Assembly: GCA_964291285.2 (NCBI GenBank) | Contig: OZ219785.1 | Span: 160,001 to 224,000 of the forward strand | DNA from: Alphaproteobacteria bacterium | Lineage (GTDB): Bacteria > Pseudomonadota > Alphaproteobacteria > Bin95 | Reading direction: 5' to 3' | Length of the DNA stretch: 64,000 nucleotides | Part shown: piece by piece, positions 30,124-39,524 of the stretch | How the letters are laid out: the number at the start of each line of letters is the position of its first letter | Numbering within the stretch: position 1 is the stretch's first letter | Program-made: the position numbers and the translations under genes | The notes under the pieces: generated by a model | The model's database searches: none | Told to the model about the DNA's origin: nothing | What the model saw: the letters and a program-made list of their open reading frames with translations, nothing else

Positions 30124-30566
30124 GGCGCCCGCGCTCCGGGGTGAAGAAGATCGTGCGGTCCTTTTCCTGCACGGACCTGCAGCGCGACGAGATCGCCACG
30201 CGCGCGGCCGCGGCCGGCATGAACCTCTCGCCCTACGTGATCGAGTGCGGCCTGACGGTCGAACTCGACGCTGCCGAAGACGGGGCCGGCCCGTTGCCGT
30301 CGCTTGCCCTCGGCCGGGAGGAACAGCGCCGGCTGCACGACCGCGTCGCCGGGATCGCGGAACGCTGGCTGGGTCCGTCCGCGCCCGATCCGGCGGGCAT
30401 GGCGGACCTGCCGGCGGTGCTCGGCGTGCTGCTCGAACGGCTCATGACCGACATGGTCGAGATGGGGCATGAAGAGCGGATGCGCCGCCTGCTGCTGGAT
30501 GCCTTCGGCGAGGCCCGGGGCTCGGAGCTAGCCCGCCGGTATGCGGACAAGGCGCGCCGCCGCTGA
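30120..30566 (+). CDS. Ribbon-helix-helix protein 3
   Basis: GTGA overlap; SFSCTDLQRDEIATRAAAAGMNLSPYVIECGL...EEQRRLHDRVA. Confidence 0.72.
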   Translation: MRRPRSGVKKIVRSFSCTDLQRDEIATRAAAAGMNLSPYVIECGLTVELDAAEDGAGPLPSLALGREEQRRLHDRVAGIAERWLGPSAPDPAGMADLPAVLGVLLERLMTDMVEMGHEERMRRLLLDAFGEARGSELARRYADKARRR

Positions 30567-30711
30567 GCCTCGCACGGACATGCGAAAGGAAGGCGGCGGA
30601 CGGGAAACGGGACGGCGCCCGGCGCGGATTTCCCCGCAATTAAGACAGGCGCGGGACCGGGTACAAGAATAAACGCCCCGGACCGGAGTCGGGGCGACGT
30701 GCTGAACGTAC

Positions 30712-30746
30712 AAAGGAAAAGCCCCGGAACCCGCAGGCCCCGGGGC
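30712..30746 (-). terminator. Terminator downstream of ssb
   Basis: GCCCCGG...CCGGGGC hairpin followed by TTTTCCTTT on the minus strand; second hairpin at about 30674-30696. Confidence 0.65.
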
Positions 30747-30766
30747 GTAGTGGCGATGACGATGCC

Positions 30767-31186
30767 TCAGGCGGCGAGGTCCATCTCGTATGCTTCCGGG
30801 GGCGGCGCCGGCGGCCGGTTGTCGTTGGCCGCCCCGTCCGGCCTGGGGTCGAGGAAGTTGATGGAGCCGCGCGGGCCGACCAGGATCTCGGTGGTATGGC
30901 GGTCGTTGCCGTCGCGGTCCTTCCACTTCCGGGTGCGCAGCTTGCCGGTGACGTGCGCCTGGCGGCCCTTGGCGGCGTGCTTGCGCAGCATGGCCACCAG
31001 GCCCTCCTGGAAGACGGTGACCCGGTGCCACTCGGTCTGCTGCCTGTATTCGCCGGACTGGCGATCGCGGTAGCCTTCGTTGGTGGCGATGCTGAAATTG
31101 GCGACTTCGCCGCCGCCGGGGAGGCTGCGGAACTCGGGGTCCGCGCCCAGATTGCCGATCAGGTCGACGCGATTGAGGCCGTTCAT
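30767..31186 (-). CDS. ssb: Single-stranded DNA-binding protein (mobile-element type)
   Basis: LNRVDLIGNLGADPE, TEWHRV, GKLRTRKW; lacks the DDIPF tail. Confidence 0.93.
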   Translation of the reverse strand: MNGLNRVDLIGNLGADPEFRSLPGGGEVANFSIATNEGYRDRQSGEYRQQTEWHRVTVFQEGLVAMLRKHAAKGRQAHVTGKLRTRKWKDRDGNDRHTTEILVGPRGSINFLDPRPDGAANDNRPPAPPPEAYEMDLAA

Positions 31187-31403
31187 GATGATTTCTCCTT
31201 GCGAGAGGTTGTTTGCGAGTCGTTGCAACTCACCCCGAAAAGCCCTTTCCCGACCTTGCGGCGTCGATGCCAGCGCAGGCCGGGACAGGGTAGGCGGGGA
31301 TCGGGATGCCGGGCGAAGGACGCTGCGGAACTCACCCGGCGGGCGGGGCGAAGGGGGCGCGGACGGAGCGATGCCGCCCGCACCCGGGTCCCCGCCATTG
31401 CCG

Positions 31404-31718
31404 TCAGCGGGGGAACCGGCTCCGCTCCAGCATATGGCCCCAGATTGCGGAACTGCCCCAATATTGCACCCCCGAGTCGGCGGTCTTCTCGCCCTTGCAG
31501 ATGAGGATCTCGTTGCGCGCGGGGCGCAGCTCGCGGACGGTCTCCAGCGACAGGGTCAGCGGACGGCCCTTGCCGCCCGGCAGCCGGCGGATGTCACCGT
31601 CGATGCCGGTGCGGTACCGCTCGACCACATAGTGGTCGTCCTGCAGGCCGCGTCCGAACACGTGGACCAGAAAGCTGTTCGCACCGGGGCGGAAGGCGGA
31701 CGCATTGGTGGCGGGCAT
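31404..31718 (-). CDS. Hypothetical protein, 104 aa
   Basis: RBS AGGAG and ATG at 31718; preceded by a conserved upstream element. Confidence 0.6.
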   Translation of the reverse strand: MPATNASAFRPGANSFLVHVFGRGLQDDHYVVERYRTGIDGDIRRLPGGKGRPLTLSLETVRELRPARNEILICKGEKTADSGVQYWGSSAIWGHMLERSRFPR

Positions 31719-31851
31719 GTCGATAATCTCCTGTTGGAGGAAGGGGAGCGGGAGCCGGCCGCCCGGCCACCCGCAGGGATCGCATCGAAAACCCTTTCCC
31801 CACCTTCTTCCGGCGTCGATACCGCCAGGGCCGGGAGAGGGGAAACGGACG

Positions 31852-33156
31852 TCAGCGGCCGGCAAAGACGGCCGGGCCGGCGTCGGTCACGATCTCGACG
31901 TCGTCGAGCGTGAGCTTGGCGAAGGCCAGCGCGGCGGCGACCTCCATCGGAGTCTCCCAGGTGCCGTGGTCTGCGCCGTCGGCGATCCCGATCACGGTGT
32001 ATTGCGTCGGCAGGTCGGGCATGCCGCGATACGCGTAGCTGCGCTGCCGGTCGCGGCAGGGGCCGCATTCCCGCATGAGGGGTTCGGGCTCGCGGACGCC
32101 GCAGCGGGGACAGAGGCCGGCAGACAGGCGCTCGCGGGTCACGGCATGGTAGCGGCGGCGGTCGGTGGCGAGGCGCGCCTCGCGGCATTCCGTGCATGAG
32201 TCGAACCCGGGGTCGGGAGGCCGCTTCGTGCAATGGATGCAAACGCCCCGGGCGCGGGCCTCGGCGATCCTGCGATGCCATCTCGCGCGCTCGGCGGTGC
32301 GGCGCTCGTCCCGGCAGGGCCGGCACATTGTCGAGCCCTCGGCGGGAGAAGCCTTGCCGCAGCGGATGCAGAGCCCCCGGGAGGCCCGGGCGAGCACCCT
32401 GCGGTTGTACCCGTCCAGCGAGACGGCAAGACAGGCGTCGCAGGCCAGGCGCCCGGGCGCGGCGGGGTGGCGGCCGCAATCGAGGCACAATCCGACGGCG
32501 CGGCGGGCGTCCCGGCGGCGTCTGGCGGCCTGCTTGTCCCGTTCGGCGGGAAGCGGCCGGCAGTCCGGGCAGCGGCGGCTGCCGGGAACCGGCGGGGCCT
32601 CGCCGCACTCGATGCAGAGCGAGCGGTCGGCCTGCCGGCGGCGGCGGTCGATCCGGGCGCGGTATATCCGCCGGCGCGCGGCGAGGCAGTCGTCGCAGCA
32701 CGCATTGCCTTCGGCGGGCGCCCCGTTCCCGCACTGCACGCAGAGGCCGGCCTGGCGCCGTTCATCCTTGCGCTCCTGCAGGCGCCGGCGGCCGAGCGCG
32801 AGATGTTTTTCGTTGCAGGCCTCGCAGAGCCGCCGGCGGGGCTTTTCGGGCGTGGCGCCGCATTCCTGACAGAGGCCGCGGTTGCTCCGAAGCAGGCGGC
32901 GTTTGCGGGCGGCCTTGCGGTCGCTGGCGCGGCGGCGCTCCTGGCATTCCGGGCAGTATTTCGCCCCGTCGGGCGGGGAAACCTTGCCACAGTTCAAACA
33001 GAGGCCGCGCGCCGCAAGCCGGTCCCGGGCGCGCGAGGCGTTGGACCGCCGGGCGGGCGCGGCCCCGGTGGCGTTGCCGGAGCTGGCCCTGCAGCAATGG
33101 AAGCCCGCTGCTTCGGCGGGCGGATGGATATGAGCGGAAGCCGGCATGCCGGACAT
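31852..33156 (-). CDS. Protein with 8 tandem CxxC...CxxC (zinc-finger-like) repeats joined by Arg-rich helices
   Basis: GLCLNC/CPEC, GLCQEC/CEAC, GLCVQC/CDDC, SLCIEC/CPDC, GLCLDC/CDAC, GLCIRC/CRPC, GVCIHC/CTEC, GLCPRC/CGPC; RBS AGGAG before ATG 33156. Confidence 0.8.
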   Translation of the reverse strand: MSGMPASAHIHPPAEAAGFHCCRASSGNATGAAPARRSNASRARDRLAARGLCLNCGKVSPPDGAKYCPECQERRRASDRKAARKRRLLRSNRGLCQECGATPEKPRRRLCEACNEKHLALGRRRLQERKDERRQAGLCVQCGNGAPAEGNACCDDCLAARRRIYRARIDRRRRQADRSLCIECGEAPPVPGSRRCPDCRPLPAERDKQAARRRRDARRAVGLCLDCGRHPAAPGRLACDACLAVSLDGYNRRVLARASRGLCIRCGKASPAEGSTMCRPCRDERRTAERARWHRRIAEARARGVCIHCTKRPPDPGFDSCTECREARLATDRRRYHAVTRERLSAGLCPRCGVREPEPLMRECGPCRDRQRSYAYRGMPDLPTQYTVIGIADGADHGTWETPMEVAAALAFAKLTLDDVEIVTDAGPAVFAGR

Positions 33157-33723
33157 GGGCGACGTCTCCTGCTGGCGGGACGGGCGCGGGAGCCGGTCGC
33201 ACGGACGCCCCCCGCAGTAATCGCCCCGACAACCCTTTCCCGACCTTCCGGCCGGACAGGCCGGACGGCGGCGTTCGCCGGGAACGGCCGGCGGCGGCGC
33301 CCGGCCGGCCGCGCGGGAGAGGATTGCGACGGTCCGGACGGGGTGGGGACCGGGACGCCGGAAACCGGTCCGCCGCCGTTTCGGCTGCCCCGGCGGCCGG
33401 CGCTCCGGGCCGCCGCACCGGGAACCGCCGGCGGGCGTTCCCCCGGGGTCGCGCACGGAGGGGCGGAAACGGCGCCGGCTGAGAACCGCGTCGGCTTCGC
33501 CGATCCGGTTACCGGGTTACCGCTCGACCTGCCCTGTCCGCTCGCCAGGGCGGCGAAACGGGGCCGGGGCGGGCATGAACGCCTCGCCCTTCGACATCGG
33601 ATGCGGGCCGGCGGCCGGTCCCGACCGGCCGGGAAGAGCGCGTGCGCCGCCTGCTGCCGAACCGGTTTGAGGCGCGCGGCCAATTTGTGTTACCTTCCGC
33701 GGCCGGAACAGGGAGATTTAGCC

Positions 33724-34371
33724 ATGGCGAAACCCGGAATCACGCTTTCACCGCGCAAAGCGCACGGCGACCGTTGGGAATGGTGGAACCCCGATTTCGT
33801 CTTCGATTTTGTCGGTACCGATGGCAACGACGAGCTGTTCGGCGGCTACGGCGACGACACCATGCGCGGCGCCAAGGGCGACGACATGCTGTACGGCGGC
33901 CGGGGCGACGACCTTCTGAAGGGCGGCAATGGCGACGACACGCTGAAAGGCAGCTACGGCGACGACACGCTGAAAGGCGGCCGGGGCGACGACGACTTGG
34001 TGGACACGTCCGGCAACAATTTCATGTACGGCGGCCGGGGCGACGACTTCATGGTCGCCGGCGATGGCGACGATGTGCTCAAGGGCGGCCGGGACGACGA
34101 CATCCTGTACAGCGGCGGCGGTGCGGACCGTTTCGTTTTCGGCAGGAACAGCGGTTTCGACTCGGTCATGGACTATGAAGACGGCAAGGACAAGATCGTC
34201 TTCGAAGGCGGCATCCAGTTCTCGGACCTGATCTTCACTTACGAAGAGCAGCCCAGCGGCAGCCGCGCCGTAGCCAAAATCGAAGACGCTTCCGGTGAAT
34301 GGGCAGTTCATTTTGACAATTATGTAAAGGAAGAGGAATTGACCGAGTCCGATTTCGAGTTCCTCGGCTAA
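33724..34371 (+). CDS. RTX-type calcium-binding repeat protein
   Basis: Tandem GGxGDDxLx nonapeptides; RBS GGGAG and ATG at 33724. Confidence 0.9.
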   Translation: MAKPGITLSPRKAHGDRWEWWNPDFVFDFVGTDGNDELFGGYGDDTMRGAKGDDMLYGGRGDDLLKGGNGDDTLKGSYGDDTLKGGRGDDDLVDTSGNNFMYGGRGDDFMVAGDGDDVLKGGRDDDILYSGGGADRFVFGRNSGFDSVMDYEDGKDKIVFEGGIQFSDLIFTYEEQPSGSRAVAKIEDASGEWAVHFDNYVKEEELTESDFEFLG

Positions 34372-34419
34372 CCCGGAACCCAGAACGCTTTTTCCAACCA
34401 TCTTCAAGGGAAACAAACC

Positions 34420-35262
34420 ATGGCACGACCCGGAAAAACCATTACCGGAACCCCCGGTCATGATTATGCAGGACCTTGGCACTATCCGCAGGATGGCGGA
34501 CCGCGCTACCGCTCAAAGGACTTGGAGGGAACGAACCGCGACGACACGATCCGAGGCTTGGAGGGGCATGATCGAATCGTCGGCAAGCGTGGCGACGACA
34601 CGCTGTACGGCGGCGGCGGCGTGGATCTGATCCTGGGCAACGCTGGCCACGACACGTTGTACGGCGGCAACGGCGACGACCACCTGTTAGGCGATTCCGG
34701 CAACGACACGCTGAAAGGCGGCAACGGCGACGACGACATGTGGGGCGGCACGGGCCGGGACTCTCTTTACGGCGACGCCGGCCACGACGACATGTGGGGC
34801 AACGAGGGCCGGGACTCTCTTTACGGCGGCGACGGCGACGATGACATGGACGGCGGCGGCGACGACGACCTTCTGAAGGGCGGCGACGGAAGAGACACGC
34901 TCTGGGGCGGCAAGGGCAACGACACGCTCGACGGCGGCGACGGCGACGACTTCCTGTGGGGCAACAACGGCAACGATACCTTCATCTTCAGCGGGAACAG
35001 CGGAAAGGACGTCATCCGTGACTACGATGCGGATTCGGACACAATCCAGATCAAGGGAGTCTCCGGGATCGAAGATTCTGGCGACCTCTATCGCTTTTCT
35101 ACCAAGCTAGGCAACGACGATGCTGTAATAATCTACAAAGCAACAGAGGTTAATGAAGACAATGATGGCAAAGACGCCAGGGACAACGCAACGTGGGAAA
35201 TCAAGCTTCTTGATACGCAGTTGTCCGACGTTGATCTGTCCGACTTCGATATCATCGCCTGA
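34420..35262 (+). CDS. RTX-type calcium-binding repeat protein (paralogue)
   Basis: Tandem GGxGxDxLx repeats; C-terminal SDF as in the preceding gene. Confidence 0.9.
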   Translation: MARPGKTITGTPGHDYAGPWHYPQDGGPRYRSKDLEGTNRDDTIRGLEGHDRIVGKRGDDTLYGGGGVDLILGNAGHDTLYGGNGDDHLLGDSGNDTLKGGNGDDDMWGGTGRDSLYGDAGHDDMWGNEGRDSLYGGDGDDDMDGGGDDDLLKGGDGRDTLWGGKGNDTLDGGDGDDFLWGNNGNDTFIFSGNSGKDVIRDYDADSDTIQIKGVSGIEDSGDLYRFSTKLGNDDAVIIYKATEVNEDNDGKDARDNATWEIKLLDTQLSDVDLSDFDIIA

Positions 35263-35456
35263 CGGTTAAAACTTGCCGCCCCGGCGTTCGGGGCGCGTAT
35301 CTGCTTGCATAAGCGGCGCGGGGCCGTCGCCGGGCCGCGGCGAACGCTCGCAAGCTCGCTACACGCCGACCCCGGCGAGACCTTATCGCGCCTGAATGGA
35401 TACGGCAGAATCGAGCGCCCAACGCGCTACGCGCGGCGCTTGCCGAAACTGCCGGT

Positions 35457-35533
35457 GGTTCCCCCGCCCACGCGGGGATAGCCCCCGCCGTGCATCTGCG
35501 AATCATGACATTCGGTCTTGGTGTCTCCCGCAC
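35457..35533 (+). CRISPR. Solitary type I-E-like CRISPR repeat, possibly a mini-array with a degenerate second repeat
   Basis: GGTTCCCCCGCCCACGCGGGGATAGCCCC (35457-35485) with CCCCGC/GCGGGG stem; about 34 nt later GGTGTCTCCCGCAC; no cas genes in the window. Confidence 0.55.
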
Positions 35534-35884
35534 GAACGGCCGGCCTGCATCGCCCGGGTCACGCCGCAACGCATTCCTTCTCCGTCTCCGGGGCCTCGTC
35601 GCCATATGCCGGCCTCCGGAACGGTCCCGCGCGCTGTCTCTGTCCATGGAATCTGCTCTCATATGGTACCAGCAGGGCATGTTTTATACCACCGGCCACA
35701 GATAAGAACCGATTAGCCTCTCTCGGCGGAGATTACCTCTTGCAGTAGGAGGCCTCGGCTCAGGGGGCGAGCTGCGGAGGGAGGCTCTGCTATAGGTTCC
35801 AATCAACGACCGTTGGTATTACCTACATACCCATAGAATCACGATGGACTGTAATACCAGCGGCGCTGATTGCTGACTCATGAC

Positions 35885-37580
35885 CCTAAATCCGGCAGTT
35901 GAGTATGGCTTGGCCTTGCCGAATCCCTTGTAGTCTTCGGGTATGAGCGGCTTTTCAGGGGCCGAAGAGGCTCACCCTGTGGGTGATTATCCTGGCGCTG
36001 TGCGGGATGTCGCCCGAGCGTTCGTGAAGGTGGACACCTTCGGCGGCGCGGTTCATGTGGAATGGGACCCTGATGCGGCGGTGACGCCGCTGGGGCATCT
36101 GGCGTTTTTCGCGGAATAGCTGAAGGTGAGCGGTCGCTTTGACGCTTTGGTTGCGGACTGCCCGCTGCGGTACACGAGCCCGAACGCGCCGTCGAAGCGG
36201 GATGTCCTGGGGACGGTTCTTCTGTCGGTTCTGGCGGGGCAGTCTCGCTATGCGCACATCACGTCGCTGCGCGGCGACGGGGTGAACCCTGCGCTGCTGG
36301 GTATGGACAAGGTTGCGAGCGAGGATTCGGTGCGGCGCGGTCTGGAGCGGATCGGTGCGGATGTCGGCACATCGTGGCTTCAGGGCCATCTGGACGAGGT
36401 GGTCCGTCCGCTGCTGAGGGAGCCGTGGGTTCTGGACTGCGACACGACGATCAAGGCGCTTTACGGTCGTCAGGAGGGAGCGGTTGTGAGCTACAACCCG
36501 AAGAAGCCGGGCCGCCCCTCGCATGCCTGCCATGCGTTCCTGATGGCGGGCACGCGGCTTGTTCCGGATGTCGAGGTGGCGCCGGGCAACCATCACCATT
36601 CGAGGCGCGCGGCGCCGTCCTTGTGGGCGTTGCTCGACCGTCTTGGGCGGGATCGCTGGCCGCGTCTGGTGCGGGGCGACAAGGACTGGGGCAGCGAGGC
36701 CAACATGGCTTCGTGCGAGGCTGCGGGTCCGGACTATCTGTTCAAGCTGCGCCTGACGAAGGGGGCGCGCCTGCTTGCCGAGCGGCTGATGGCGCGGGAC
36801 GGCCGGGAGGATGCGGGCCAGGGCTGGTCGGGGATCGGGGCCGATCTGCGTCTGCAGGGCTGGAGCCGGACGCGCCGGGTTGTGGTGCTGCGCCGGCGGC
36901 TTCCTGCGACGCTGGCGCTGACGCGTGGCGACAAGGCCCGGGGCGAGCTGTTCCGGACCGGGGCGCAGCCCGGCACCGGGGTGTGGGAGTTCGCGGTGCT
37001 GGCGACCTCGCTGGACCTGGAGATACGCTCGCTGGCCCAGCTCTACCGCGACCGGGCGGACGCGGAGAACGGCTTCGACGAGTTGAAGAACCAGTGGGGC
37101 TGGGGCGGCTTCACCACGCGCGACCTGACGCGCTGCCGGCACATGGCCCGGCTGGTCGCGCTCATCTACAACTGGTGGAGCCTGTTCGTGCGCCTCGCCG
37201 ACCCCGACCATCACCGCGAGGCGATCACCAGCCGGCCGCTGCTCCTGCACGGGGTTGCCCGCCAGACCCACCACGCCGGCCAGACCCGGCTGACGGTGAC
37301 CTCCCATCACGGGCGTCGCAAGACGGTGATGGCGGCGCTGCGCCGGATCGCCGGCTTCTTCCGGTCGCTGACGCAAACTGCGGAGCAGTTGAGCGCCGGG
37401 GATCGCTGGCGCCGCATCCTCGCCGAGGCGCTCAGGAAATACCTCCATAGCCGCGAACCGGGGCGTCAACCCTGGCTGCCGCCACCCAGGGCCGCGACCA
37501 CGTGCTGAAATCCACGCCCAAATCCGACCGTTCACACTACCCCGAGACAGCGATCAAGCCCGTCAACTGCCGGATTTAGG
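35885..37580 (+). mobile_element. IS1380-like insertion sequence, 1696 bp
   Basis: Perfect 18-bp TIR CCTAAATCCGGCAGTTGA; no clear target duplication. Confidence 0.88.
35943..37508 (+). pseudogene. IS1380-like transposase with an in-frame TAG at 36117-36119
   Basis: VDTFGGAVHVEWDPDAAVTPLG...FFAE*LK; LDCDTTIK, RGDKDWG, YRDRADAENGFDELKNQWG. Confidence 0.85.
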
Positions 37581-37651
37581 ATCAACTGAAAAACCGCAAC
37601 CGGCCGAAAAATGTCAGCGAATAGGCGCGCTCTGTAACCGTCGCTAACACT

Positions 37652-38427
37652 GGGAGGATGCAGGCCAGGGCTGGTCGGGGATCGGGGCCGATCTGCGTCT
37701 GCAGGGCTGGAGCCGGACGCGCCGGGTTGTGGTGCTGCGCCGGCGGCTTCGCGGGCCTCTGGCGCTGACGCGCCGCGATGACGGCCAGGGCGATCTGTTC
37801 TGGGTCGATGGGCAGCCTGACGCCAAGCTGTGGGAGTTTGCGATCCTCGCCACCTCGCTGGACCTGGAGGTGCGCTCGCTGGCCCAGCTCTACCGCGACC
37901 GGGCGGACGCGGAGAACGGCTTCGACGAGTTGAAGAACCAGTGGGGCTGGGGCGGCTTCACCACGCGCGACCTGACGCGCTGCCGGCACATGGCCCGGCT
38001 GGTCGCGCTCATCTACAACTGGTGGAGCCTGTTCGTGCGCCTCGCCGACCCCGACCATCACCGCGAGGCGATCACCAGCCGGCCGCTGCTCCTGCACGGG
38101 GTTGCCCGCCAGACCCACCACGCCGGCCAGACCCGGCTGACGGTGACCTCCCATCACGGGCGTCGCAAGACGGTGATGGCGGCGCTGCGCCGGATCGCCG
38201 GCTTCTTCCGGTCGCTGACGCAAACTGCGGAGCAGTTGAGCACCGGGGACCGCTGGCGCCGGATCCTCGCCGAGGCGCTCAGGAAATACCTCCATGGCCG
38301 CGAACCGGGGCGTCAACCCTGGCTGCCGCCACCCAGGACCGCGCCCACAGGCTGAAATCCACGCCCAAATCCCACCGTTCACACTACCCCGAGACAGCGA
38401 TCAAGCCCGTCAAATGCCGGATTTAGG
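37652..38427 (+). mobile_element. 5'-truncated second IS1380-like copy
   Basis: Near-identical to about 36805-37580, including the right end (TCAAATGCCGGATTTAGG). Confidence 0.9.
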
Positions 38428-39210
38428 ATAAATCGCGGTCGTCCCCTGCTTCCGGTCCGTGGACTCTTTCGCGATTCCGGGGGAATCGACCAAGAACACC
38501 TTGTCCTTATCCTTCCACCGGTTGCACCATTGCTTTGCGCGCCACTGCAATTCGCAATTGCAGTTGACCATGAAGAATGTTCGAGGCGATACGTACCGCC
38601 AACGAACCGCACAGGTTCTGCTACCGAGCCCTTCCTCAAGCCGTCGTTGCCAGTGGCATACCTCCTCGGCATGGCCTCCTTTACGTCGGCTGTTGTGATG
38701 GTAGAGGATTACGGGCCTCCCTCCTTCTGATAACGCCGCTATTTCGCATTCGGGAATTCCCTTTCCGTGCCTTCTGCGACCGGGTCGAAACGACTCCTGC
38801 TCAATGAGGCCGTTGTCGGGATCGGCAAAGACCAAATCGCAATCTTGCAAATCCCTCCTGGTTTTACGAAACCACTTCTTCCTCCATGTCCCTTGTTCGT
38901 GCTGCTTGCATCCGTGGAAATCCAATTTCCCATCCGAAAAGACGGCATCCGCGAGAAGATCGGAGCTTTCAACTGCCCGGACGCTGCGATTTCCAGATTT
39001 TACGAGCCTGTAGAGCCTGTCGAATGTCTCCCTATCGCAATCTCGCCATTTCTTCGCGTTGCATAGATAACCTGTGTGTTTTCCGTCTTTCTTCTCTTCT
39101 TCGTCGGGGAAAAGATACCAGGCCACGCCCAGCTTCGATCCGTAGGAAAGCGCGCGAAGCAGACTGTATTTTGCGTAGTCGCCGATGTCTCCCGTATATC
39201 TGTCCTGCAT
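38410..39210 (-). CDS. Conserved hypothetical protein, possibly a Rossmann/methyltransferase-like fold; C-terminus runs into the IS end
   Basis: MQDRYTGDIGDYAKYSLLR, VFADPDNGL, VILYHH. Confidence 0.7.
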   Translation of the reverse strand: MQDRYTGDIGDYAKYSLLRALSYGSKLGVAWYLFPDEEEKKDGKHTGYLCNAKKWRDCDRETFDRLYRLVKSGNRSVRAVESSDLLADAVFSDGKLDFHGCKQHEQGTWRKKWFRKTRRDLQDCDLVFADPDNGLIEQESFRPGRRRHGKGIPECEIAALSEGGRPVILYHHNSRRKGGHAEEVCHWQRRLEEGLGSRTCAVRWRYVSPRTFFMVNCNCELQWRAKQWCNRWKDKDKVFLVDSPGIAKESTDRKQGTTAIYPKSGI

Positions 39211-39524
39211 TCGCGGCTTCCACCCCTCACTCCAGTCCCATCAGGCTGCGGGCGAAGTCGCGGGGGGCGAGGCGCGAGGCGTATTCTACACCGTGTTCGA
39301 GACGCTGAAGTCAAGTCTGGATACACCCGCCGCTGCGATGGCCCGAAACCTCTAACCCGGCGCGCGGCGTCATGCAATGCAGAAATTTGCGCTGCGGTGC
39401 GGCTGTGGTGCTTTTTCGGCAGCAGGAGATGGGGGTTCGCGTCCGGTCGGTGTTGTGCTGTGGCGTGTTGAGGCGAGGGCGGCGGTTGATTTTCGAGCGC
39501 GAGCGGAACCGCACAGCGGCATTG

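Noticed and set aside
32233-33723. Long N-terminal extension of the RTX ORF (712 aa in the track)
   Set aside because: Overlaps the zinc-finger gene on the opposite strand; a good RBS and ATG are at 33724
33840-34990. 27-nt periodic repeats
   Set aside because: They encode RTX nonapeptides; not a CRISPR or non-coding array
35290-35400. Possible oriT (GCGTATCTGCTT plus GC dyads); similar GCGTATTCT near 39280
   Set aside because: Only weak resemblance to the R388 nic sequence and far from the relaxase
35800-35872. Hairpin as an integron attC site
   Set aside because: No proper RYYYAAC/GTTRRRY boxes, no cassette array, and the integrases are not IntI-like
36117-36119. In-frame TAG codons here and at 43542 as stop-codon recoding
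   Set aside because: TAG ends normal genes in the window (res, argS); both fit Tyr-to-amber mutations or sequencing errors
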